From Demequinaceae bacterium (lineage in GTDB: Bacteria > Actinomycetota > Actinomycetes > Actinomycetales > Demequinaceae), in the NCBI GenBank assembly GCA_965250005.1, contig OZ252279.1, positions 1,530,001-1,562,000 on the forward strand: a DNA stretch of 32,000 nt, in the 5' to 3' direction. The position numbers and the translations under genes are program-made. Shown here piece by piece: positions 18,588-27,014 of this stretch (its first letter is position 1; each line of letters starts with the position of its first letter). The notes under the pieces were generated by a model. That model ran no database searches. It was not told the origin of the DNA and saw only the letters and a program-made list of their open reading frames with translations.

Positions 18588-21500
18588 ATGCTCCAACGTT
18601 TGGGAGTTCGCGGAAAGATTCTTGCGGTTGTCGCCGTGCCGATTCTGGTGCTGGTGTTCGCGGCAGGCGCCGTCACCTTTTCTGCTGCCCGCCAACTGGA
18701 CGCTTCGCAGAACGTTGCGCAATTGTTGGGCGTCATTCGCCAGGCACACGACCTTGTCGACAACTTGCAGGCCGAACGTGACGCGGCTACCAACTACACC
18801 GGTATCTACCGCGAGACACTGGAGCAGCGTGAGACCGCGTGGTTGGGCACGGACCAGGCATTCTTAGACATCCTCCAGGCAGCGCTCGATGCGCCGGCTG
18901 CGGCGCAAGGAAGCGCGCAACAGGCGTCCTCGGAAGTCGCACAGCTCCTTCAGTTTCGGTTTGATGAGAATGGCGTTTTGGTCTCACGTGTGGGTGCCGA
19001 AACCGAGGTGACGGGCGGTATCTACCCGCTCCGCGCTGTCGACACGCAAGAGCGAGTTCAGGACGGCACCATCGCATCGAATTTCCCCACCTGGCCTTCG
19101 GTTGGCGAGGTGGAAGCGGTCGCCTCGAACTACGCGAGCCTCCGCATCGAAATCGCGGCGATTCTCGAGTCTCTCCCTGCCGGCACGGGCCTCGAGGACG
19201 CGATCGAGGTCCTCTTGTTCGCGACTGCGCTCGAAGCCACCTCCACTGATGCATTTCTTAAGGACTCACGGCTACTCGAGGAAGCGGTAGCGGGCACGAT
19301 TCTCGCGGTCAACCAGGCCGCACTCGTATTTGTGGTGCAAGAAGGCCGAATGAGTCCACGCGACGAGAACGCCAACGTGCTCGCCCTCACTGGTGCGGCC
19401 AGCAGCGCGCTCGATGGGATCGGGGAGATCCGCGCGACCCTCTTGGACCCTTCAACGAACTCGGGGAAGGTCGCTGGCTGGTATACCGCTGTGGTGGAGG
19501 ACTTGATTGATCTTTCGTATGAGGTAAGCACGATCACAGCCGATCGACAACTTTCTCTCATGCTGGTCGCGTACGCGGACTCGGACACCCTGATCGAGAG
19601 AATTCAAGTCGAGAAGTTTACTCTTGAAGGTATCATCCGACGCGGAGAGTTCGGCTTTGGCGAAGCGCAAGCGACCAACCGCCTCATAGTCCGAACGGAC
19701 CTCGCGCTGGTCACCGCGCAAGAGAGTGCCGCTACTGTAGAAGTGTTGCCGGCCGTCCCCAGTTTTGGCGCGTCGTTCGACCCTACGAGCACTGACGTCA
19801 AGTCGTTTGAGTTTGTGCGTAACCGCTTGTCAACGGGCCAGGACTCAATCGCCAAGATCGAGCGAGTCTCCAACTGGCCCTTGCGCGTCAGTCAAGAATT
19901 GGCGGTTTTGGCACCGCTCCGCGATGATGCATTCCGCAAAGGGCGCGCGCAGTCTGATGAAGCAACAGCAGCGACCCTCCTGCAAACGATCCTCACCTCG
20001 GTTATCGCCGCCGTCGTGGTTGTGGGCTCACTGTTCATCGCCCTCCTGATTTCTCGTCGAATAGTCGGACCGCTACGACGACTGACCACCACGGCTACCG
20101 CAGTGCGCCAGGAGTTGCCGCGTCTAGTCGAGCGCGTCGCGCTACCGGGCCAGACGGTTGACGTGTCGGAAGTGCAGATTCCGGTGGAGTCTGCGGACGA
20201 GATTGGCAGACTTGCCGAGGCGTTCAACGCAGTTAACGCCGCCACGCTTTCGATCGCCGGCGAGCAGGCTGCGCTGCGTGGATCGATCTCAGAAATGTTC
20301 GTCAACGTGGCTCGTCGCGACCAGGTGCTCCTGAACCGGCAGCTGGCCTCAATTGATGAGATGGAACGTACCCAGGACGACGCGGAAACGCTCACCCGGC
20401 TATTTGCGCTGGACCACCTTGCGACCCGGATGCGCCGAAACTCCGAGTCGCTGCTCGTGCTCGCGGGGATTGACACCGGCCGACGCATGCGTCGCGCCAT
20501 GCCGCTTTCGGACGTTATTCGCACCGCTTCTTCTGAGATCGAACTCTATGAGCGTATTCAACTCGAACTTGACGCCGACCCCGCCATGGTTGGTCACTCA
20601 TCGCTGACTGCTGCGCACCTCTTCGCGGAGTTGCTCGAAAACGCGACGGTCTTTTCTGACCCGGGAACGCCTGTTGTCGTCCGCACCATTGAGCGCGACG
20701 GAAACTTCATTGTCGAAGTTATCGACCGTGGCATCGGCATGGGAACCGAAGAGCTTCAGGAAGCAAATCAGCGCGTGCTCTCGACTGCAGCTTCGGAAAT
20801 CCTCGGTGCGCAACGGCTTGGGCTATTTGTGGTTGGGCGCATTGCGCGACGCATTGGCGCGCGCGTCGAGATCCAGAGTAAAGAAGGCGAAGGCACAACG
20901 ACCACTGTCATCATGCCGGTCAGCCTCTTCGATATCGACGCGGAAGTGGACACAAAGCGCACGTCCGAGAGCACAGTTGATGAGAACGTGCACGCTCCTG
21001 CAGCGCTTGTGGAGCACCGCCTCGACGATCAGGTCTTGGACGTTCTCGAAGAGTCCTCGCCGTACCAGGAGCCCCAAGAGACAGTTGAACCCGACCCAAT
21101 CGAGGTTGCACCGTTTGCGGACGTTGGCGTTGCCAACGCAGACGGAGGCGGGGGCGAACGGATTCCGGTAGAGGAAATCACCATCGACCAAATGCCTACT
21201 GAGGCCACCGTCACTACTCAGGATATCAACCATCTCATCGAGGCTGATGCCATTCTCGCGCCGACGAGTAGCGAGGTTGACCTCGCCTCCCTCACGGGTG
21301 GAGTCACGGAAACGGGCCTCCCCGCTCGTCGTCGTGGCGGGCCTGCGGATACCGAAGCACAGCCAGAAACCTCGAGCATTCTCGGACTCCCTGCGCGCCC
21401 GACCACCGGCCAGATGGACGAGATATCCTCGGGCGATGCACCCTCGGGATTCGTACCGCAAGTGAGCGCAAGCGAAGTCGCACCTCAGACAGCCGAACAG

Positions 21501-21686
21501 CGTGCATCGATGTTCCGCGGGTTCCAAGGCCGTCGAGAAGAGGGCGAAGAAGGCGAAGAGGTTATACTCGACCCAGATGCAGAGTCGCTCGGCCAGGCTG
21601 CGCGACGCGGAGCCGTCGCTCCCGATTCGATTCCTGCGCTTGAGGAAGAAGACTCGGCGAGCATCGAACGAGGGACGCATGACTGA
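18588..21686 (+). CDS. cvnA: Conservon CvnA-type membrane sensor kinase-like protein with a long acidic C-terminal tail
   Basis: Start at ATG 18588 (AGAGAGAGG upstream). TM1 'ILAVVAVPILVLVFAAGAV', a large extracytoplasmic region, TM2 'VIAAVVVVGSLFIALLI' and a HAMP-like 'RRIVGPLRRL...LAEAFN'. Family signature 'LDHLATRMRRNSESLLVL'. ATPase boxes 'ELLENA', 'DRGIGM' and 'LGLFVV'. About 250 aa of acidic tail ending with 'GLPARRR' and 'RASMFRGFQGRRE'. Confidence 0.85.
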   Translation: MLQRLGVRGKILAVVAVPILVLVFAAGAVTFSAARQLDASQNVAQLLGVIRQAHDLVDNLQAERDAATNYTGIYRETLEQRETAWLGTDQAFLDILQAALDAPAAAQGSAQQASSEVAQLLQFRFDENGVLVSRVGAETEVTGGIYPLRAVDTQERVQDGTIASNFPTWPSVGEVEAVASNYASLRIEIAAILESLPAGTGLEDAIEVLLFATALEATSTDAFLKDSRLLEEAVAGTILAVNQAALVFVVQEGRMSPRDENANVLALTGAASSALDGIGEIRATLLDPSTNSGKVAGWYTAVVEDLIDLSYEVSTITADRQLSLMLVAYADSDTLIERIQVEKFTLEGIIRRGEFGFGEAQATNRLIVRTDLALVTAQESAATVEVLPAVPSFGASFDPTSTDVKSFEFVRNRLSTGQDSIAKIERVSNWPLRVSQELAVLAPLRDDAFRKGRAQSDEATAATLLQTILTSVIAAVVVVGSLFIALLISRRIVGPLRRLTTTATAVRQELPRLVERVALPGQTVDVSEVQIPVESADEIGRLAEAFNAVNAATLSIAGEQAALRGSISEMFVNVARRDQVLLNRQLASIDEMERTQDDAETLTRLFALDHLATRMRRNSESLLVLAGIDTGRRMRRAMPLSDVIRTASSEIELYERIQLELDADPAMVGHSSLTAAHLFAELLENATVFSDPGTPVVVRTIERDGNFIVEVIDRGIGMGTEELQEANQRVLSTAASEILGAQRLGLFVVGRIARRIGARVEIQSKEGEGTTTTVIMPVSLFDIDAEVDTKRTSESTVDENVHAPAALVEHRLDDQVLDVLEESSPYQEPQETVEPDPIEVAPFADVGVANADGGGGERIPVEEITIDQMPTEATVTTQDINHLIEADAILAPTSSEVDLASLTGGVTETGLPARRRGGPADTEAQPETSSILGLPARPTTGQMDEISSGDAPSGFVPQVSASEVAPQTAEQRASMFRGFQGRREEGEEGEEVILDPDAESLGQAARRGAVAPDSIPALEEEDSASIERGTHD

Positions 21687-23034
21687 AGACTTCCGGGCCC
21701 ACCAGGACCCCGCCATTAGTGCCGGGTATCAGCACGAAGAACTGGCGGGGCTTGACGACGAGGAGTCGCGGCCGGATGGCTCTGTCGAGGATCTGGCGGT
21801 ACCGGGTTTTGCGCCTGATGACGACAACAACGCGGCGCTAAGTGCGTCGAACGTCATTGATGATGCTCCGCACAAAGCGAAGCGGGACAATGCCCGCCCA
21901 ATCCTTCAAGGTGAGGCAGTTTCACTAACCACCGAAACACATGGGCAGGGGGCGCCTGGAGGCACCCCGAGCATGGATGCGTTACTGGCGGATGTGTTGC
22001 CGAGCAAAGATCCCAAGGCTCGCAGAAGCATCTTCGGTCGGCGTAAAGAGTCGGTTTCCGATCTCGAGGTTTCCGGAAGTCAAGTAGTTGACTTCCCGAG
22101 TCTTGGCGGGCTTGACGCACCAGCGTCGCCCGCCGCAAGCGCCCCGTTCGACCTCCCACCGCCTGCTCCCGAGGCTTTCCTCGACGCGACTTCGGCCCAA
22201 GACGGATTTGGCGCTGCCGCTGCCGCCGCCTTCGGCGCGTTGCCTGAGCCACCCGCAGACGTTGACGAGTACGACTTTGATGAGGATGCACTAGCCTTAG
22301 GTGGTTTCGCGCCTGTGGTGGACGCGTATGGCGCGGCTCCTGAACTTGACGCCGCACCCGCCGTGGACGCGTTCGCCGCTCCGGCCGAAGGTTTCGCTAC
22401 GCCTGACCCGTTTGCGGTTGTCCCCGAGTTTTCACTTGAGCCAGATTCAGAACCAGAAGCGACCGGTGGGTTCGTTGCACCCGACGGACTTGCGCCGGAG
22501 CTTAGTTTTGGCGACAACACTGGAACTCCATCCGAACTCGAAGCGCAGGCGCCTGATTTCCCGCCACCGGGTATGCCTGCCCCCGCTTTCGGAACGGCAC
22601 CCGCGCAATTCGTGGATCCCACCGATTGGGAGTCGGCTGGCCAAAGTGCGCTTCAGAGCGCAGTAGTCGAGCCCGATTACATCGGATACAGTCCCGAAGC
22701 CTTTTCTGAACTTCCACCGCCGCCAGTAATGATCGAGGATCCACAGGACGTTGAAGCAGAAGTCACTACTTCGGCGTTCTCTGAACTGAGTTCGCTCGCC
22801 GGCACTCGTCCGAAGGTAGAGCGCACTCGTGTGGGCCTGACTAAGCGAGCCGCGGTCGAGGTCCAGGAACGCAAGCCACTCGATGACGGCTCGATTACCC
22901 CGGCAGCGCGCGACGCGGACGCGACACGCAGCCGATTCTCAAGTTTCTATTCAGGCACCGCACGCGCCAAAGTCGACGCGGCGGAGTTTGAGCAGAAAGT
23001 CCATGGCGGCTCGTCAGGCGAGGCAATGCCATGA
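21679..23034 (+). CDS. Acidic, Pro/Ala-rich, probably disordered protein inserted in the conservon (hypothetical)
   Basis: ATG 21679 overlaps the cvnA stop by 8 nt (ATGACTGA). 451 aa with no hydrophobic core segments. Repeated aromatic-acidic mini-motifs ('DAFAAPAEGFATPDPFAVVPEF'). The C-terminus 'VGLTKRAAV...ATRSRFSSFYSGTARAK' echoes the CvnA tail motifs. Ends 54 nt before the cvnB start. Confidence 0.65.
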   Translation: MTEDFRAHQDPAISAGYQHEELAGLDDEESRPDGSVEDLAVPGFAPDDDNNAALSASNVIDDAPHKAKRDNARPILQGEAVSLTTETHGQGAPGGTPSMDALLADVLPSKDPKARRSIFGRRKESVSDLEVSGSQVVDFPSLGGLDAPASPAASAPFDLPPPAPEAFLDATSAQDGFGAAAAAAFGALPEPPADVDEYDFDEDALALGGFAPVVDAYGAAPELDAAPAVDAFAAPAEGFATPDPFAVVPEFSLEPDSEPEATGGFVAPDGLAPELSFGDNTGTPSELEAQAPDFPPPGMPAPAFGTAPAQFVDPTDWESAGQSALQSAVVEPDYIGYSPEAFSELPPPPVMIEDPQDVEAEVTTSAFSELSSLAGTRPKVERTRVGLTKRAAVEVQERKPLDDGSITPAARDADATRSRFSSFYSGTARAKVDAAEFEQKVHGGSSGEAMP

Positions 23035-23088
23035 CCACTATCCGGAGTGAAGCCCGCTCCTCTCAAGGAGCCTAACTATGGAGGACCA

Positions 23089-23535
23089 GTGACAGCGATC
23101 AGCACCGAAGCCACCAACTTTGGTTGGCTTCTGGACAATTTTGTCCAGACCGTCCCTGGCACGCGCCACACCCTGGTCGTCTCTGCCGACGGCCTGCTCA
23201 TGGCGATGTCAAAGAACCTCGACCGCACAGGGGGCGACACCCTCGCAGCCGTCGTCTCCGGCATGTCGAGCTTGACGCGCGGAGCCGCGCGCCAACTCAA
23301 TGCCGGCGAAGTGCGTCAATCGATCATCGAGATGGACGAACTGTTCCTCTTCTTGATGAGCGTGTCCAACGGCTCCGTGCTGGCGGTGGCTGCTGACTCG
23401 ACGTGTGACGTCGGGCTCGTGGGCTACGAAATGACGCTGCTCGTGACGCGAACTGAAAGCGCGCTCACCCCGCAGCTCATTACTGAAATGCGCCAGTACC
23501 TGCCGACCGACGGCAAGACCAGAGACAACTCGTAG
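23089..23535 (+). CDS. cvnB: Roadblock/LC7-domain protein (conservon CvnB)
   Basis: 'FGWLLDNFVQTVPGTRHTLVVSADGLLMA' is the Roadblock/MglB-like signature. Start set at GTG 23089, preceded by GGAGGA; GTG 23047 (ORF track) lacks an RBS. Confidence 0.8.
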   Translation: MTAISTEATNFGWLLDNFVQTVPGTRHTLVVSADGLLMAMSKNLDRTGGDTLAAVVSGMSSLTRGAARQLNAGEVRQSIIEMDELFLFLMSVSNGSVLAVAADSTCDVGLVGYEMTLLVTRTESALTPQLITEMRQYLPTDGKTRDNS

Positions 23536-23544
23536 GAGCACGAC

Positions 23545-23946
23545 ATGAGCGAAGATGAATTTGCGCCGTCGGAACTCGACAACGACGATGACGCCTACAC
23601 GGTCCGCCCATACGCGGTCACGGGCGGGCGCGTCGTAGGAGATGCCGACGGCCTCGCGGTTGAAGCCTTGGTCGAAACGATGGATCCCGACCGAAGTCTG
23701 AAGGGGCTGACCCCTGAGAAGAAGAAGATTCTGCAGCTTGCCGCAGAGGACTTCATATCCGTCGCTGAGCTTTCGGCGCACTGCAAGCTTCCGCTTGGAG
23801 TGGTTCGCGTGCTAGTTGCGGAGTTGGCAGAACATGAGTACCTAAGAATCCACACCAACGGTCCCGCCGGTCAGTATGACGACGAGACTGGCGGTATCAC
23901 CCTAAGTCTGTTGGAGAGTGTTCTCGATGGCATCGCAGCCCTCTAG
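23545..23946 (+). CDS. cvnC: DUF742-domain protein (conservon CvnC)
   Basis: 'VRPYAVTGGR' motif and a C-terminal wHTH-like 'ISVAELSAHCKLPLGVVRVLVAELAEHEYL'. TAGGAG RBS. Confidence 0.8.
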   Translation: MSEDEFAPSELDNDDDAYTVRPYAVTGGRVVGDADGLAVEALVETMDPDRSLKGLTPEKKKILQLAAEDFISVAELSAHCKLPLGVVRVLVAELAEHEYLRIHTNGPAGQYDDETGGITLSLLESVLDGIAAL

Positions 23947-24523
23947 CGCCACGGTTGACGACAAGGCGCATTTTGCCCCCACGGTAGTCAAGATTGTGAT
24001 CGCGGGTGGATTTGCCGTAGGCAAGACCACCTTTATCGGTTCCATCTCTGACATCGATCCGCTCAACACTGAAGCGGCCATGACCGAGCATTCGGTTGGA
24101 GTCGATGATGCTGGCGGTATTTCCGACCGCAAGACACACACGACGGTAGCGATGGACTTCGGTCGCATCGCCCTTCCAGGCTCCTTGTGGCTGTACCTGT
24201 TCGGGACCCCCGGCCAGGATCGCTTCCTGTTCATGTGGGACGACCTAGTGCGGGGCGCCATCGGCGCTCTTGTTCTGGTCGATACCGAGCGGCTTGATCA
24301 GTGCTTCCCGGCCGTGGACTACTTTGAGGGTCGGGGAATCCCGTTCATCGTTGCGGTCAATTGCTTCGACGGCGTTGCGCGTCACCAACTGGACGACGTT
24401 CGCGAGGCCCTTGGCCTCAACGAAAAGATTCCGGTGATGTACACCGATGCACGCGAGCGGGCAGCCACCAAGCAGGCCCTCATCGCCGTGGTCCAGCTCG
24501 CTATGGAACGCTTGAAGGAGTAG
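23927..24523 (+). CDS. cvnD: Small Ras-like GTPase (conservon CvnD)
   Basis: P-loop 'GGFAVGKTT', switch II 'FGTPGQDRF' and 'VAVNCFD' in place of NKxD. ATG 23927 is preceded by GGAGAG and overlaps cvnC by 20 nt. GTG 23918 is an alternative start. Confidence 0.85.
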   Translation: MASQPSSATVDDKAHFAPTVVKIVIAGGFAVGKTTFIGSISDIDPLNTEAAMTEHSVGVDDAGGISDRKTHTTVAMDFGRIALPGSLWLYLFGTPGQDRFLFMWDDLVRGAIGALVLVDTERLDQCFPAVDYFEGRGIPFIVAVNCFDGVARHQLDDVREALGLNEKIPVMYTDARERAATKQALIAVVQLAMERLKE

Positions 24524-24541
24524 GCGAGTCTTGCGCATTTT

Positions 24542-24573
24542 CCCCGGTTCACGCCCAGGTGCGTGACCCGGGG
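24542..24573 (+). terminator. Stem-loop after cvnD
   Basis: CCCCGGTTCACGC / GCGTGACCCGGGG: a 13-bp stem with one mismatch and a 6-nt loop, 19 nt after the cvnD stop. No U-tract. Confidence 0.45.
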
Positions 24574-24585
24574 TGAACGCGCGGC

Positions 24586-24591
24586 TACGCT
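24586..24591 (+). promoter_or_regulatory. -10 hexamer TACGCT placed for a leaderless PIN-protein mRNA
   Basis: TACGCT-GGTTCGC-GTG: a TANNNT hexamer 7 nt upstream of GTG 24599, with no SD. Confidence 0.35.
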
Positions 24592-24598
24592 GGTTCGC

Positions 24599-26416
24599 GT
24601 GATCTACATTGACGGCTCTGCACTCTGCCGCTTCCTTCCGGGAGTGCGTCACTCGGACGAGTGGGCGGTGTGGGCAGCTGAGCACGCGAGCAACCTTGTG
24701 ACGACTCAGCTGGGCTTCACCGAATTGCGACAGGCCGCCGAGTTGTACCCGCGCGCTTGGCTTGATGAAGTTCAAGAGATTGTAGAGTCGGTGCGCTCGA
24801 GTGTGTCCGCGGTTCGGTTTAGCGACGACACGGTTGAGCTTTCGTCACATGCCACCGCGGTTCTCAAGCCGTTTGCGGCGCTTCACATCGGTGCGGCGGT
24901 GTCGAACGATGACATTAACGCAATCGCGACTTACGATCCCACGTTGGCTCACGTCGGTGAGATTTATGAATTGAAGGTGATCTCTCCCGGGCTTGAGGAC
25001 AACTGGCACCATCGGTTCTCCGGTCCACCCGAGGGCTGGAAGGCCGTCGAGCTCGGCGCGCCATATGATCCGGGTGCCGAGTTTGAATTGGCTCCCGAAG
25101 TTGCCGTTGTCGCCGAATCCGAATCCGAGGTCCCTGAAGCCCTTGTGGTCACCGGCGAGGCCGTAGATGGCGAAACGCCTGACAAGCCGGAGTTGGAGGT
25201 AGTCGAGAGGCCCGATGGCGTTCCCTTGACTGGAAGTGACCGCGAGACCGTTGTTGTCGGCTCTGGGGGGTCAGAGAGCCTGGTGGACGAGGACTCAGGG
25301 CTGGAGCCACCGGAGGCCGATCCGGCCGCTGAGACCGAACTCGACCGTGCTCTCCGGGAGGCGGAGGCAGCAGCCGCTGCTGTCGGCGATTCGAGTACCG
25401 ACGACGTTGGTGATCACGGCAACGAGTTTGAACTCGGTGACACTGAAGCGCCGGAATTCGAGTCCCTCGCTTCTGGCGAAGAGGAGATCGCGACGCCGGC
25501 GGCCGACGCAGGATCGAACGAATCCGCAGCGGATGACACCAGCAGCGACCCGGGCGTGAGCGAAGAGGTCGGCAGCCACGGACTGGCTGAGGTCAAAGTT
25601 GAGCCGAGCGCGCCTGCTGTGAGCGGTCCGGAGTGGGAGGTGGGCAAGGCCAGGAGCCGTGAAGAGGTCATAGCGAGCATTGGCGTTTATGCACCTCGTG
25701 TGCAGGCGTGGGGTGAGGACGCGCAGGCGGGGCCGTCAGTTCGGCATGTCGAGGCAAGCGAGCCGGTTGAAGGGGTCACAGCCTTCGCTGGTGGCCCAGG
25801 CGAAACCGACGAGGTCGAAGCCCCTGCTGCGCCGCCGGCACCGTACGCGATTGATTCTCAGGATCAAGAGATTTTCTCCTCGGGCGCGCTCACACCTGGC
25901 TTCGTGGAGCCGCCTGACGAGGCCCCCGCGGCCGCGGTCAGTCCTGGGTACGACGAATCGGTGCCCGCACTCGAGCCGACTAGCGCCGAGCAGGCCTCGA
26001 GGCCTCCAGCGATGCCCATTCACTGGAACTTGGACCTTGACGAACCGGAGAACTACCATCCGCCGACGTTCGAGACCGATGACGCGTCGCCGCTACCGGG
26101 TGCCACGCGCGAGCCAACTCCGACCCGCTACTCAGATTCCGGTCCGATTCTGGGCGAGTCGATTATCGTGCCCGGGCTGGAACCAGAGGCTATTGACCCG
26201 GCCCTTCCCGTCGCTCTGGACGCAGGCCTGACGTCACTGCCGGAGGCCCCGAAACCCAAGAAGCGTGGAGGACGTCTTGGGCGCAAGGAGAAAAAGCCCA
26301 AGGCGTCGAAGCGGAGCGGAAAAAGGCGAGCCGTCGCTGATCCGGTACAGACCGACGCGAGTACAGAGACCGGAGGCTGGGACCTCGACGACGTGGTTGA
26401 CTTGGGCAAGGGTTAA
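24599..26416 (+). CDS. PIN-domain protein fused to a ~470-aa acidic low-complexity tail ending in a Lys/Arg cluster
   Basis: From GTG 24599 the N-terminus reads '(M)IYIDGSAL...TTQLGFTEL...LKPFAALHIGAAV...ATYDPTLA', the VapC/PIN layout. ORF-track start 24563 lies inside the preceding hairpin. The remainder is E/D/P/A-rich and ends 'KPKKRGGRLGRKEKKPKASKRSGKRR...WDLDDVVDLGKG'. Confidence 0.7.
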   Translation: MIYIDGSALCRFLPGVRHSDEWAVWAAEHASNLVTTQLGFTELRQAAELYPRAWLDEVQEIVESVRSSVSAVRFSDDTVELSSHATAVLKPFAALHIGAAVSNDDINAIATYDPTLAHVGEIYELKVISPGLEDNWHHRFSGPPEGWKAVELGAPYDPGAEFELAPEVAVVAESESEVPEALVVTGEAVDGETPDKPELEVVERPDGVPLTGSDRETVVVGSGGSESLVDEDSGLEPPEADPAAETELDRALREAEAAAAAVGDSSTDDVGDHGNEFELGDTEAPEFESLASGEEEIATPAADAGSNESAADDTSSDPGVSEEVGSHGLAEVKVEPSAPAVSGPEWEVGKARSREEVIASIGVYAPRVQAWGEDAQAGPSVRHVEASEPVEGVTAFAGGPGETDEVEAPAAPPAPYAIDSQDQEIFSSGALTPGFVEPPDEAPAAAVSPGYDESVPALEPTSAEQASRPPAMPIHWNLDLDEPENYHPPTFETDDASPLPGATREPTPTRYSDSGPILGESIIVPGLEPEAIDPALPVALDAGLTSLPEAPKPKKRGGRLGRKEKKPKASKRSGKRRAVADPVQTDASTETGGWDLDDVVDLGKG

Positions 26417-26444
26417 CGCGTCGACTTGCACGATGGCTTGACCA

Positions 26445-26532
26445 GGAGAGTTGACCGAGCGGCCGAAGGTGACAGTCTTGAAAACTGTTGAGGCGTAACC
26501 CGTCTCCGTGGGTTCGAATCCCACACTCTCCG
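26445..26532 (+). tRNA. tRNA-Ser (anticodon TGA)
   Basis: Hand-folded. Acceptor GGAGAGT/ACTCTCC, anticodon stem ACAGT/ACTGT with loop CT-TGA-AA, long variable arm, T-arm GTGGG-TTCGAAT-CCCAC, discriminator G. 88 nt; CCA not encoded. Confidence 0.9.
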
Positions 26533-26550
26533 CAATGAGCGCCTAGCGCG

Positions 26551-26931
26551 CTAGCAGCAGCAAGTGGTGTTGCAGTCGCAGCGCACGTCGAGAATTGCGG
26601 CAATTTCGCGAACCCGCGGGATCACCAGTCGATACTGGACTCGCGCCCCTTCCCGTCGCGGAACGACGAGCCCCGCTTTTTCCAGGCGCTTGAGGTGGTG
26701 GCTCACCGTCGGTTCGGTCAGTGTCACCAACGGCGCGATTTTGCGAGTTGTGAGTTCACGATCAGCGCGACCGGCCAGGATCGAGACGATAGACAGGCGT
26801 GCGGGGTCTGAGAGCGCCTTGAGCGAGGCGGCGACACGTTCCGACTCTTCCGCGCTGAAGCGTTCCTGTTCGCCGAGAGGTGGGCAGCACAATTCGAAGT
26901 CGACTGGCTTGACCTCTACCTCGATTCGCAT
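26551..26931 (-). CDS. ArsR/SmtB-family transcriptional regulator with Cys-rich N- and C-terminal extensions
   Basis: Start at ATG 26931 (GGGAGGA RBS, 8-nt spacer). wHTH core 'LKALSDPARLSIVSIL...TEPTVSHHLKRLEKAGLV'. All 7 Cys lie outside the core: 'ELCCPPL' near the N-terminus and 'RCDCNTTCCC' at the C-terminus. Confidence 0.85.
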   Translation of the reverse strand: MRIEVEVKPVDFELCCPPLGEQERFSAEESERVAASLKALSDPARLSIVSILAGRADRELTTRKIAPLVTLTEPTVSHHLKRLEKAGLVVPRREGARVQYRLVIPRVREIAAILDVRCDCNTTCCC

Positions 26932-26962
26932 GGGCTCGATCCTCCCACACGCTTTGACAGAT

Positions 26963-26993
26963 GTCGAATGTACGGGCATCCTGGTAATTCGAC
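26963..26993. promoter_or_regulatory. Inverted repeat GTCGAAT-N17-ATTCGAC in the ArsR / micro-ORF divergent intergenic region
   Basis: Perfect 7-bp arms (26963-26969 and 26987-26993). A TTGACA hexamer sits at 26954-26959 just upstream on the plus strand. Candidate operator; function inferred only. Confidence 0.3.
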
Positions 26994-27014
26994 GGATATC
27001 GAAAGGAGGCGTTC

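Noticed and set aside
18473-18781. 102-aa ORF preceded by AAGGAG upstream of cvnA
   Set aside because: The SD is only 2 nt from the ATG. The frame overlaps cvnA out of frame for ~190 nt, and its third-position GC drops to non-coding levels there. The cvnA start at 18588 has its own purine-rich RBS.
20823-21716. 297-aa minus-strand ORF (and similar ones at 19892..20524 and 22080..22622)
   Set aside because: These are antisense to cvnA and to the acidic-protein gene, with low-complexity Arg/Ser-rich translations. The plus-strand frames carry the recognisable domains and the operon-style overlaps.
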